A DNA stretch of 64,000 bases from an uncultured Gemmatimonadales bacterium (GTDB lineage Bacteria; Gemmatimonadota; Gemmatimonadetes; Gemmatimonadales; Gemmatimonadaceae), in contig CAWBZV010000005.1 in assembly GCA_963793305.1 (NCBI GenBank), positions 1,536,001-1,600,000 of the forward strand, written 5' to 3'. Positions within the stretch are counted from its first letter, which is position 1, and each line of letters starts with the position of its first letter. The notes under the pieces are model-generated. The model saw nothing but the letters and a program-made list of their open reading frames with translations. It was not told where the DNA came from and searched no databases. Of this stretch, positions 1 through 9,400 are shown in pieces. Both the position numbers and the translations under genes were made by a program.

Positions 1-237
1 GCTATCGCCATGATGGGCGACCCGGCCTATGACGCCAAGCGCAACGCGGCCTGGGCGCAAGCGTTTCAAGGGTTGCCGCTGCTCATGCGGACCCAGACGC
101 AGATGCTCGTCTACCAGGGGAAGGCGCAGTCGTTCTCGATGGTCATGCGCGCCACGAACATCTCGCGCGGCGACCCGCCGGCCAGCGTGTTCGCCTTTCC
201 GAGCGGGTACACGTTGGTTCAGTCGACGACCCGGTGA
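1..237 (+). CDS. 3' end of a hypothetical protein (DUF4412-like C-terminus), truncated by the window edge
   Basis: Frame open from base 1 to TGA 235-237. Ends ...ATNISRGDPPASVFAFPSGYT, resembling the 'p.s.F.vP.gY' tail of DUF4412-like proteins. GTGA overlap with the next gene. Confidence 0.5.
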   Translation, partial: AIAMMGDPAYDAKRNAAWAQAFQGLPLLMRTQTQMLVYQGKAQSFSMVMRATNISRGDPPASVFAFPSGYTLVQSTTR

Positions 238-1685
238 ACAGACACGCGATGCACGCAAGCCAGAGCCGATGGGCCGTCCGAGGCCTGCTTCTGGTGCTCA
301 CGCTGTCGCTGGGCTCGTGCAAAAAATCCCCCGCGTCGACTGCACCGGCCGGCGCGTCGACCGCACCAGCCGGCACGGCGACTGCGCCGGCCGTCCGGGG
401 CCCGCTCAAGAACATCGCCTCGGTGTACGACGTGACGTACACGCCGGAGACGGTGGTCCTGAGCGCCGACATCGCGCAGCACCACCTCAAGACCGCGAGC
501 CCGGATGGGGCGACGTTCACGTTCGACGCGGCGTCGAGCGACGTCCGCGGCCTCAAGCCGGGCTCCGTGATGCTCTTGACCGGCGTGGCGCTTCGCCGCG
601 TCACGCAAGTCCAGCCGCTCGGCGATTCCATCGTCGTCGCGACCGGGCCCGCCGAAATAACCGACGCCATCAAAGACGGGACGATTCAAGCCCAGACCAC
701 CATTGACTTCGGCTCGGTGGCCATGGGTCCGAGCCCCACGCAGACCGGCCGCGATCCGCTCGACATCTTTTCGCTCGTGACGCCGGCGTACGCGGACACC
801 ACCACGAAGACCGTTGGCGGTCCCGGCAGCTTCTCGGTCCAGATCGATCCGTTCCAGTACAGCGTCAAGTTCACCGCCGCGGCCGACCGGCTCAACATCG
901 ACATGGCGATTCAGAACACCGTCGACAACATGAACGTCACGTCGACCGGCTATGTCAAGAACTACCAGGCCCTGGTGAATATCCTGATCAAGGATAAAAC
1001 GATCACGAAGCTCGATTTCCAGAACTCGGGGATCGATGGCGAGATGGTGGTGAATTGGACGGCGGCAACGGTCGTGGCGGGGCCGCTGACCAAGATCGCC
1101 TCGTGGTCGGACCTCCTCAAAAAGTATCAGCCGCTGCGCCAAGCAGCGTTCACGTTCCCGTTTCTCATCGGCCCCATTCCGTTCTCGATCAAGTTCTCGA
1201 CCGGCATCACGTTCACGCCGGCGTTCACCTCCAAGAACTCGATCTGCAAGGGATCGATGACGGTTCACTACAGCGGCAGCGGGGGGTTCACCGTCAATAA
1301 CGGGAACGTGCAGTCGAGCGGCCAGATCACGCAGCCCACGCAAGCCAACCCCAAAACGCAGATCTTGAGCCTGGGCCCGATCGGCTTCACGGTGGCGGTC
1401 GAGTTCCCCCGCGCGGAGCTAGGCATGGGCACGAATCTGTTCACGTTTTCTCCGACGGCTTACGTCAACGCCATCAGCTCGTTCGGGCTCGTCTACGGCG
1501 GACCGGCCGCCATGCTGCCGTGCGAGACGCACATCCTCGACGTGACGGTGAACACCGGCATATCGGCGGCGTCGACGTTGGCCAGTTTCTTCGGCACCGC
1601 CTCGAAGCTGACCTTTACCAAACAGCTCTACGATCGCAACTACAAAGGCCCCGCGGCACCCGGGGGCATGATGTGTCCCACGTAG
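234..1685 (+). CDS. Hypothetical lipoprotein (483 aa, beta-rich)
   Basis: Long ORF with hydrophobic signal ending LGSC (lipobox), an Ala/Pro/Thr linker and a beta-strand-rich body. Start could be ATG 249. Confidence 0.7.
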   Translation: MNRHAMHASQSRWAVRGLLLVLTLSLGSCKKSPASTAPAGASTAPAGTATAPAVRGPLKNIASVYDVTYTPETVVLSADIAQHHLKTASPDGATFTFDAASSDVRGLKPGSVMLLTGVALRRVTQVQPLGDSIVVATGPAEITDAIKDGTIQAQTTIDFGSVAMGPSPTQTGRDPLDIFSLVTPAYADTTTKTVGGPGSFSVQIDPFQYSVKFTAAADRLNIDMAIQNTVDNMNVTSTGYVKNYQALVNILIKDKTITKLDFQNSGIDGEMVVNWTAATVVAGPLTKIASWSDLLKKYQPLRQAAFTFPFLIGPIPFSIKFSTGITFTPAFTSKNSICKGSMTVHYSGSGGFTVNNGNVQSSGQITQPTQANPKTQILSLGPIGFTVAVEFPRAELGMGTNLFTFSPTAYVNAISSFGLVYGGPAAMLPCETHILDVTVNTGISAASTLASFFGTASKLTFTKQLYDRNYKGPAAPGGMMCPT

Positions 1686-1739
1686 CACTGTGAGGAGAAA
1701 GGAGCGAAACCCCGCGGGCCCGCAACGCGTAGGGCGAGT

Positions 1740-2414
1740 GTGATCTTTCGCTATCGATTCTGGCTGTTTACCGCCACGTTCCTGATTGGTTTCGGGCTAT
1801 CCACCGTGGACCACACGAACGCCACGGTCGCCCTCGTGCGGCAGGTGAGCGACAATCCGCTCGCTCTGCGCGCGGCATTCGCATTCGCCGCGCTGCTCCT
1901 CGTTCTGGCCGCGCTCATTCGCACGTGGGCCGCGGCCCACTTGCGATCGAGCGTGGTGCACGACGGCCAGCTGCACACCGACGCGCTCGTCGCCAGCGGT
2001 CCATACCGCTACGTGCGCAACCCGCTCTACATCGGCGCACTGTTGCTCAGCCTCGGCATGGGGATGCTCGCCAGCCGGATCGGGGCGGTCGTGATTATCG
2101 GCGGGGCCCTCGCGATCACGCTGGCGCTGATCGACGCCGAGGAGCGCCAGCTTACCGCGGTCCAGGGCGAATCCTACGCCGCCTACCGGCGCACAGTCCC
2201 GCGCCTCGTGCCGTCATTCACGCCGCGACTTCCGGCCGCGAATCTGGCGCCGCGTTGGGGTCAGGCTTTCGCGGGCGAGGGGATGTTCTGGGGTTTAGCG
2301 CTCGGGATGGTTCTGTTCGCGGTGACACTCCAACCAGCCTGGATCATCGCGCTCGGCATCGGCGCGCCGTTGGCCCACCTGCTCGTTATGCAAGCACTCA
2401 AAGCCCGCGCTTAG
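1740..2414 (+). CDS. Isoprenylcysteine carboxylmethyltransferase/PEMT family membrane protein
   Basis: LVASGPYRYVRNPLYIG and EE..L....GESYAAYRRTVPR motifs; several TM segments. Confidence 0.85.
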   Translation: MIFRYRFWLFTATFLIGFGLSTVDHTNATVALVRQVSDNPLALRAAFAFAALLLVLAALIRTWAAAHLRSSVVHDGQLHTDALVASGPYRYVRNPLYIGALLLSLGMGMLASRIGAVVIIGGALAITLALIDAEERQLTAVQGESYAAYRRTVPRLVPSFTPRLPAANLAPRWGQAFAGEGMFWGLALGMVLFAVTLQPAWIIALGIGAPLAHLLVMQALKARA

Positions 2415-4687
2415 CCTGCAATGTGATAGTCTTTGGGCGGATCGGCGTCCAAGAGATACCGCACGAAATAGTCCCAACGCCGCCGCATCATGTACAGTGA
2501 GGCGGCGCCGTACCCGTGATGGACATTGGGGATGATCAGCTCATCGAACTCTTTGTTCGCCTCGATGAGCGCCTTCGCGACGAGCATGGTGTTGTAGGGC
2601 GGAACGTTGTCGTCCATTGAGCCGTGCGCCAAGAGCAGGTGCCCGGTGAGGTTCTTGGCGACGGATTGGTTGGCCTCGGTGGCGTAGTTGTCACCCGCCA
2701 ACAGCCCCTGATACCGCTCGCCCCAATCATCTTCGTATTCGCGCTGGTCGTGATTGCCGGACTCCGCGATGCCGACCTTGAAGAAGTCCGGATATCGGAA
2801 CATGGCATCCGCTGTCGCGAACCCGCCTCCCGAGTGACCGAAAATGGCCGCCCGCGTCGTGTCCACCCACGCGTACCGCGTCGCCAACTCTCGCATGGCG
2901 GCGACTTGGTCGGGAATCGTGTTGTCCCGACCCATCGCGCCATAGTATGCGTCGTGGAAGGACTTGGACCGCCACGGCGTCCCTAAGCCGTCGACCTCCA
3001 CCACGACGAACCCGAGCTCGGCCAGTGCCTGACAGTCGCGGCGCGCGGCGACGAAACTGCGGGGCCCCATGCTGCCCGTCTGGGGACCGGGATACACGCT
3101 GTTGATGATCGGATAGTGCTGCGTGGAGTCGAAATTGGTCGGCCGGAACAAGAGCCCATAGAGTTTGGTCTTGCCGTCGTGGGCCGTGGTCACGATCGGG
3201 GTGGGCGGCTTCCAGCCCGCGGCCATCAATCGCGAGATGTCGGCGTGCGTGAGCGGCATGACGACCTTGCCGTTCGCGTCACGCAACACGACGGTCGCTG
3301 GGGTGACGGGCGTCGAGTAGCTGTCGACGAAGTACCGGCCGTCGGGGGCGACCTGGATGTCGTGGTCACCGCTCTCGGGGGTCAAGGGGGTCCACTGACG
3401 ACCATCGACACGAACGCGATAGTAGTGTCGGAAATATGGATCCTCACTGGCCTCGCGCCCGCGGGCTTCGACGAGTAACGAGTGGGTTCGCTCATCGACG
3501 TGATCGACGGCGGTGACTGGGCCGGCGCCGGTCGTAATGGGATGGAGCAGCGCGCCGGTCTTGAGGTCGTACGCGTACAGCTCCGCCCAGTCGTTCCGCT
3601 CGGACGACCAGATGATCTGGTTGTCGGCCCACAAAATACGCCAGCCGGCGACCGACTCGAACTGGGTCGGCAACGTCTCATCGAACAGCGTTCGGACCGC
3701 GCCGGTATTGGCATCGGCTACGTGCACGGTCGCGGACTTGTGATCGCGCGAGGTACTCACGTAGGCGAGCTGCGACCCGTCTGGGCTCCAGATCAAGTCC
3801 TTCATGCTGATGTCGTCGCCGAGCATCGCGCGATGAAAGTCCGGCGGGGTCGAGAGTCGAATGACCTTCGCGGCATCAACGTCGATGATCACGCGCGAGA
3901 TCATCGAGACCGCGCTGTCGCCGGGAAGCGGATACTTCCACGCTTCCAGCCGGGGATGGCCGACGCGCGTCTCGACCAGGTACATGTCGCCCACGCGCCG
4001 GTCGTCCTGCTGCTGCGTGGCGATCTTTTTCGAATCGGGTGACCAGAGGAGCACCGCACGATTGCTGTGGATCCACCCGGCGTTGTCCGTCGCGTAACCA
4101 AAGTTCTCGGCGCCGTCGGTCGTCAGTTGGGTCTCGTGTCCGGTCGCGACATCGCGCACCCACAGATTCCAGTTCCGGATGAATGCCGCGCGTTTGCCGT
4201 CAGGTGACACGACCTCCGGTACCGCTGGCGTCTGCTTGGCGGTATCGGCCTGACAGGCGCGACCGCTCACATCACAGCGCCACCGATGCTCTTTGATCTC
4301 GAGCGTGACTTGCGCGCCATCGCTCGACAGCTCCGCCTTGGTCGCGGGCAGGTGCTGGGCATCGAATGTGCCGGCCCCTGCGCGCGAGAGCGCTTGCGCG
4401 ACGGCGTCGGCATTGAACAGGGGCTGTTGTGTGCGATGGGCTGGATCGACCAGCAACCACTCGCTCCCTGCCGGCGTCGTCGTTCGGTAATAGAACCGGT
4501 CATCCGGCAGCCACGTCGCCGTGACTTTGCCGCCCACGACCAAGCTGTCGAGATTGAACCCGAGCATCTTGACCGCCCGGTCGTAGTCTCCGGTCGTCAG
4601 CTCCCGGCGGGGCGGGTTGGACACGGGCGGGACGGCGAGCAGTGCGCCGAGCGCGAGGGTGGGAACAGAGAGGCGAGTGGTACGCAT
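2411..4687 (-). CDS. S9B family dipeptidyl peptidase IV-like serine peptidase
   Basis: Signal peptide, DPPIV_N propeller (WSPDSKKIA), nucleophile GHSGGG, HGSMDDNV and NVHHG completing the triad. Confidence 0.92.
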   Translation of the reverse strand: MRTTRLSVPTLALGALLAVPPVSNPPRRELTTGDYDRAVKMLGFNLDSLVVGGKVTATWLPDDRFYYRTTTPAGSEWLLVDPAHRTQQPLFNADAVAQALSRAGAGTFDAQHLPATKAELSSDGAQVTLEIKEHRWRCDVSGRACQADTAKQTPAVPEVVSPDGKRAAFIRNWNLWVRDVATGHETQLTTDGAENFGYATDNAGWIHSNRAVLLWSPDSKKIATQQQDDRRVGDMYLVETRVGHPRLEAWKYPLPGDSAVSMISRVIIDVDAAKVIRLSTPPDFHRAMLGDDISMKDLIWSPDGSQLAYVSTSRDHKSATVHVADANTGAVRTLFDETLPTQFESVAGWRILWADNQIIWSSERNDWAELYAYDLKTGALLHPITTGAGPVTAVDHVDERTHSLLVEARGREASEDPYFRHYYRVRVDGRQWTPLTPESGDHDIQVAPDGRYFVDSYSTPVTPATVVLRDANGKVVMPLTHADISRLMAAGWKPPTPIVTTAHDGKTKLYGLLFRPTNFDSTQHYPIINSVYPGPQTGSMGPRSFVAARRDCQALAELGFVVVEVDGLGTPWRSKSFHDAYYGAMGRDNTIPDQVAAMRELATRYAWVDTTRAAIFGHSGGGFATADAMFRYPDFFKVGIAESGNHDQREYEDDWGERYQGLLAGDNYATEANQSVAKNLTGHLLLAHGSMDDNVPPYNTMLVAKALIEANKEFDELIIPNVHHGYGAASLYMMRRRWDYFVRYLLDADPPKDYHIAG

Positions 4688-4835
4688 GGGGACGAAGTTA
4701 ACGAAAAAACACTGTCGAGGGACTTACCGTGAACGCATTTGGCGACGCTGTCTTCGGCTTGTTTGTGCTCCTCGCGGCCAGCTTCTGGGGGCGCGGACGT
4801 TCGCCGCCGGACTAACCATTTGACTAAATTGGGCC

Positions 4836-7289
4836 ATGCCGAGCCTTGCCGACTTGCGTCTCGCTGCCCGCGACCTCGTGCGACGGCCACTCTTCACGGC
4901 GACGGTCGTGCTGACACTCGCCGTCAGCCTGGGCGCCACCACCGCGGCGTTCTCCTTCATCGACGCGGTGTTCTTCACGAGACTGCCCGTCCGCGACCAG
5001 AATCGACTCGTCGTGATGGCTGCCGTGGACCCCTCGCGGAGCTGGCTCGGACAGCCCTGGCCCGTGCCGTGGGAGACGCGGAGTCGACTCGCCGAACGCC
5101 GGGGCGCGTTCGATGATGTGGCGGCTGTGGTCTCGTGGGGCGCGTACCCGTTTGCGGCGCGCGATGGAGATCACATCGTGCACGTACGACGCTCGCAAGT
5201 CAGCGGGAACTTCTTTGACGTGCTCGGCGCACGACCTGTCGTCGGCCGATTGCTCCGGCCGGACGATGACATCAAGGGAGCGCCCGCGACCGTCGTGCTC
5301 AGCGAGCGAGTGTGGCGGCGCGACTACGGCGCCGATCCCGCGATTGTCGGGCGGCTCCTGTTCTTCGCCGGAGGGAGCCATCGGGTCGTGGGCGTCGCGC
5401 CCGCCGAGCTGTCGTATCCAGACGAGAGCAATGCGTGGTGCGCGGTGACACCCGAGCGCGTGCGCCTGCAGGGTCATGGCCCGGACAGCACGCCGTTCTT
5501 CCTTTTGGGGCGTATGCGCCGTGGCCTCACACCCAATGCCGCGCGCGGCGAGCTCGAGGCCGTCCTGCACACACTGCCCACGGTGAACGCACTGTACACA
5601 GTTAGTACGGGTCCCTTTGCGATGCCTACGCACGGGTCCGTCACGCCATTCGTCAACGTCGTGCTCGGCAGTACCCTCCGTCCAGCACTGACGGTGCTGT
5701 TCGGCGCCGTGGCGCTCGTCCTGGTGATCGCATGCACGAACGTCGCCGGACTCCTGCTCGCACGCGGCATCGCTCGTGCTCCAGAGATCGCCGTTCGATA
5801 TGCGCTGGGCGGGACACCACGCCGCATTATCGGATATCTGCTCACCGAGTCCGCCATCCTAGGCGCCCTTGGTGGCGCCCTTGGCCTCGCGCTCGCGGTC
5901 GCACTCATTCGTGCCGGCGTCGCAGCCGTGCCGCAAGATGTACCGATGATCGGCACGGCGCACGTCAACGGACTGGCGGTCGCATTCGTGGTGACGATCA
6001 CCTCGCTGTCCGTCGTCGCGTTCGGCCTGGCGCCGGCACTGCGGGAAACCGGGCAGGCGCCGGGTCGTGCGTTGCGGGGCAGTCGGGTGGTGACGGCTGC
6101 GCCGGTCACCATGATGGGGCGCCGCGCGCTCGTGTCGGCACAAGTCGCGCTCGCGCTCGTGGTACTCTCCGGGGCGGCGCTTCTGGGCCGAACACTCGCC
6201 GCGCTGGAAGCAACGCCACTGGGGTTCGACCCGTCGCATTTGTTGTTCTTTCGTCAAGACTACATGGTGCCCTCCGGGTCGTTTCCCGACTCGGAGTACA
6301 CGCAGCGGGCCGTGGCCTCGATCGAACGGCTCGAAGAACGGATGCCGGTGACGACGACCTTCGCGCTGCCGTTCACGAGCGCGGGACCCTCAGCGCCGTA
6401 CGCGGTCGACGGCCAACCCATGGCGGCCCCCGGCCAAGGTCCGAGCGTGCGCTTCGAGTACGCGCTCGACGACTATTTCGCGGTCATGGGCATTCCGTTA
6501 GTGCGAGGGCGCGCACTCACTCGCCACGATGATGCACACGCGCCGCCCGTCACCATCGTCAACCGTGCTTTCGCGGAGCACGAGTGGCCCGGACAGGATC
6601 CGCTGGGTCACCGCGTCCGGTTCGCGACCGATACGATGGTGGGCCGGTGGTTCACCGTCGTCGGCGTGGTCGGCAACGTGCGCTTTGACGATCCGGCGGC
6701 GGCGCCCGCACCGATCGTGTACGTCAATCCGCGCCAGCTCGGGGGATTCGGTGATCCGTGGTACGTCCTCCGCACACCCGGCGATCCGCAGCGCGCGGCG
6801 GAACCGCTGGAGCGCACGATCGAAGCGTTGGATCCGGTTCTCGGTTTAAGTCGAACGATCACGGGTCCAGCACTGCTCCGGACGCGTCTCTCCCGTGCGC
6901 GCATCTTGGCCGTACTCTTTTTTGCCCTGTCTACGACCGCGCTCGTGCTCGCGGCGATCGGCCTGTTTGGGGTACTCTCGGCATTCGTTCGCGAGCGCCG
7001 GAACGAGATCGCCATACGCTCCGCACTCGGTGCAACACCGGCGCAACTGCGGTCGCTGGTCGTGGGTCAAGCCGTGGTACTCAGTGCGTTGGGCGTGGGG
7101 GTCGGGGCCCCGCTCGCATTCGGTGGGGCGCGCGTGCTCCAGTCGCTCGTGCGTGACATGCGGCCCGCCAACGTGCTCACGCTCGTGCTCATCGCCGTCG
7201 TGTTGATCGCCGTTGTCGCCGCGGCGACGCTTGGCCCCACCGTTCGGGCGTCGCACGTCGACCCTCGGACCGCACTGTCCACCGACTGA
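4836..7289 (+). CDS. ABC transporter permease (MacB/FtsX, ADOP-type duplicated permease)
   Basis: LTLAVSLGATTAAFS, LVIACTNVAGLLLAR, EIAIRSALGA and DP.TAL motifs. Confidence 0.9.
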   Translation: MPSLADLRLAARDLVRRPLFTATVVLTLAVSLGATTAAFSFIDAVFFTRLPVRDQNRLVVMAAVDPSRSWLGQPWPVPWETRSRLAERRGAFDDVAAVVSWGAYPFAARDGDHIVHVRRSQVSGNFFDVLGARPVVGRLLRPDDDIKGAPATVVLSERVWRRDYGADPAIVGRLLFFAGGSHRVVGVAPAELSYPDESNAWCAVTPERVRLQGHGPDSTPFFLLGRMRRGLTPNAARGELEAVLHTLPTVNALYTVSTGPFAMPTHGSVTPFVNVVLGSTLRPALTVLFGAVALVLVIACTNVAGLLLARGIARAPEIAVRYALGGTPRRIIGYLLTESAILGALGGALGLALAVALIRAGVAAVPQDVPMIGTAHVNGLAVAFVVTITSLSVVAFGLAPALRETGQAPGRALRGSRVVTAAPVTMMGRRALVSAQVALALVVLSGAALLGRTLAALEATPLGFDPSHLLFFRQDYMVPSGSFPDSEYTQRAVASIERLEERMPVTTTFALPFTSAGPSAPYAVDGQPMAAPGQGPSVRFEYALDDYFAVMGIPLVRGRALTRHDDAHAPPVTIVNRAFAEHEWPGQDPLGHRVRFATDTMVGRWFTVVGVVGNVRFDDPAAAPAPIVYVNPRQLGGFGDPWYVLRTPGDPQRAAEPLERTIEALDPVLGLSRTITGPALLRTRLSRARILAVLFFALSTTALVLAAIGLFGVLSAFVRERRNEIAIRSALGATPAQLRSLVVGQAVVLSALGVGVGAPLAFGGARVLQSLVRDMRPANVLTLVLIAVVLIAVVAAATLGPTVRASHVDPRTALSTD

Positions 7290-7308
7290 GGCGAGGCTCG
7301 CCGGGATA

Positions 7309-7338
7309 TTGAAATAGGTCTGACTAACAGACATATTT
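7309..7338 (+). promoter_or_regulatory. Sigma70-like promoter overlapped by a palindromic operator
   Basis: TTGAAA (7309-7314), 17 bp, CATATT (7332-7337), 6 nt before ATG 7344. Palindrome AAATA-G-GTCTG-actaa-CAGAC-A-TATTT at 7312-7338. Confidence 0.6.
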
Positions 7339-7343
7339 AGCGC

Positions 7344-7859
7344 ATGACGCGAAGCCAGTTCGCGATCGCGGTCGGCGCGTCCGAAAAGTGGTTGCACAAC
7401 GCGGCGGCGGCGCTCGGTCGGCGGATTCGCTACACGCCGGACGAAGCCCGCCGACTGGGCGTCGCGCACGCGATCCAGTCGGCGATCGGATGTCCCTTAT
7501 GGCGCGCCGACGCGTTGGCGGCGAGGGCGCTGTCCGCGGGTGCGAATCAGGCCGTCGTGCTGGGCGCCGATCTCGACGAGGCCGAACAGGACGGCATCGT
7601 ACGCCTGTCAATCGATGTGCCGCGCATGCTGTCCGTCCACACCGTGCGTCTCGCGCGTGCATTGCACCATCAGCCGCGGCGACGCGGGCGGCGCCCCGTT
7701 GCGCAACGCGGGCGCGATGCGCGCACCCGCGCCCGCGCCTACGGGTTGGACCTGACGCTGATCGACCACCATCTCGCGATGACCACCGCCGAGCGGCTGC
7801 GGGCGTTGGACGAGAACGCGCCGTTGCTCGCAGCGCTGCGTCATCGCGCTGGGCGATGA
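7344..7859 (+). CDS. HTH protein, putative antitoxin/regulator of the downstream nucleotidyltransferase
   Basis: N-terminal MerR/HTH-like segment (MTRSQFAIAVGASEKWLHN). C-terminal YGLDLTLIDHHLAMTTAERL resembles small partners of nucleotidyltransferases. ATGA-coupled to the next gene. Confidence 0.65.
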   Translation: MTRSQFAIAVGASEKWLHNAAAALGRRIRYTPDEARRLGVAHAIQSAIGCPLWRADALAARALSAGANQAVVLGADLDEAEQDGIVRLSIDVPRMLSVHTVRLARALHHQPRRRGRRPVAQRGRDARTRARAYGLDLTLIDHHLAMTTAERLRALDENAPLLAALRHRAGR

Positions 7860-8344
7860 CGCTGCTCGGCACTGTTCGAGGGCTGACGGATGCCGCCATC
7901 CGCTTCGTCGTCGTCGGAGGGGTCGCGGCTGCGGCGCACGGATCGGCGCGCGTGACCGATGATCTCGACGTTTGCTACGACACAGCGCCGGACAATGTCG
8001 CCACGTTGGCCCGGCTCCTGTCGGACTGGCACGCGTATCCGCGTGGGATTGAGCCCGGTCTCCCATTCATCATGGATGCACAGACCCTGCGCCAGGCGCC
8101 GGTGCTGACCCTGACCACACGTCAGGGGTTGCTCGACGTGATGGACGTCGTGAAGGGCGTCGGCGACTACGCGAAGTGTGTCGCGGCATCGGAGGAGACC
8201 GCGGTGAGCGACGTGCGGTTTCGGCTGCTGACACTTCCAGCACTCATTCGCGCGAAACGGGCAGCCGCGCGACCCAAAGATCTCGAGCACCTCATCGAGT
8301 TGGAAGCGATCGCCGAGACTATATCGAGGCGGAAGCGCCGGTAG
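7856..8344 (+). CDS. Pol-beta-superfamily minimal nucleotidyltransferase
   Basis: FVVVGGVAAAAHGSARVTDDLD (GG...DxD) and LIRAKRAAARPKDLEHL. ATG at 7856 overlaps the upstream stop. Confidence 0.85.
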   Translation: MTLLGTVRGLTDAAIRFVVVGGVAAAAHGSARVTDDLDVCYDTAPDNVATLARLLSDWHAYPRGIEPGLPFIMDAQTLRQAPVLTLTTRQGLLDVMDVVKGVGDYAKCVAASEETAVSDVRFRLLTLPALIRAKRAAARPKDLEHLIELEAIAETISRRKRR

Positions 8345-8431
8345 GTCTCCCCCGGGCGCCAGGAATGGCGGGCGGTGAACTCGACGTTGTCGTGGTTCGA
8401 TGGAAAGCCTGGACGACTGACTGCGCCAACG

Positions 8432-8485
8432 ATACCCGAGACGAGACTCGAACTCGTAAGACCCGAAGGTCGGGGGATTTTGAGT
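8432..8485 (-). repeat. 54-bp exact copy of the 3' part of tRNA-Leu(CAA) (att-like)
   Basis: 8432-8485 is identical to 9860-9913, running from the anticodon loop to one base beyond the discriminator. Confidence 0.95.
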
Positions 8486-8621
8486 GCGCAGATGCTCCTC
8501 TGGACGGTGAGGCGTGACTCCGAGATCTGTCGCAACCAACCCCCTAGAAGCGCAAGCATCCGCACGGTACCTGTCACACTTTCCGTCACACCCAATTACC
8601 CGTGAGATCCCCTGCCTGGGG

Positions 8622-9198
8622 TCAGCTATTTTCCCCCACCGCATGCCACTCCGTCGTGAGACCCCGCCGCTCCACCTCGACGAGTAGCACGCGCCTGTCG
8701 ATGCGCTCGCCAAGCTCGTGCAGCATTGCGCTGATATCGCGGGCGTGTTTGTTGGAGCCACCGTCGCGCAAGTACTCGAGCTTGCGGATGACGACGTACT
8801 CCGCTGGAGCGATCCACACCGCGTTAGTGCCCACCTGGATCGTTTGAACGTCGCGCGAAGGCCCACCGATGCAGTGGATCGTCGCCAGCCGGATAAATAT
8901 CTGCCTTGAGTGCCGTGGCCGTGTGGATCAGGTTGAAGTGGCCGTGCGCCGGCCGTCGCGCTTCGATCGCCATGATGTCGGTGGGCGGCACATAGAATTC
9001 CTTGGCATCGAACGCCATCGCCAGTCGCGCAACATCATCGGTCGAGAGGACCACCACCAGATCGATATCATTGGTGAGGCGTGGCTCACCGTACATGGTC
9101 GCCGCCACAGATCCGGTGACCATGTACGTCAGCCCGATCGTATTGAGGGGGGCGACGAACAACGAGATGAGATCGGGCGTCGGCTCAGGTGACGGCAC
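8622..9198 (-). CDS. Nucleotidyltransferase family protein, one +1 frameshift near 8845
   Basis: YMVTGSVAATMYGEPRLTNDID in ORF 8824-9198 continues as IQVGTNAVWIAPAEYVVIRKLEYLRDGGSNKHARDI in ORF 8622-8834. Span is 577 nt (3n+1). Confidence 0.8.
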
Positions 9199-9343
9199 GG
9201 AGAAAGATCTGGCGTACGCGTTCTTCTACGGCTGCGTCACTAAGTCCGGGTTCCCGGAGCCGAACGCCCGCTCTGACCAAGTCCCACGCGGTTTGTCGGA
9301 GCTGGTGCGCGATGGCGAGCTTCTGCTCGGGAGACGGCGTCAT
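9185..9343 (-). CDS. 52-aa small protein, putative antitoxin partner (not in ORF track)
   Basis: Hand translation MTPSPEQKLAIAHQLRQTAWDLVRAGVRLREPGLSDAAVEERVRQIFLRAVT*. Overlaps the NTase start; CATATT lies 8 nt upstream. Confidence 0.75.
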   Translation of the reverse strand: MTPSPEQKLAIAHQLRQTAWDLVRAGVRLREPGLSDAAVEERVRQIFLRAVT

Positions 9344-9400
9344 GATTCCGTAATATGATCCGCCGACCCCATGGTTGCTCGGTCAAGCGCACGACGCGCG

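Noticed and set aside
1686..1739. Hammerhead-like CTGTGAG...GAAAC in the intergenic gap
   Set aside because: Core does not match CUGANGA and the required stems cannot be formed.
8432..8485. Second functional tRNA-Leu
   Set aside because: Lacks the 5' acceptor strand, D-arm and most of the 5' anticodon stem.
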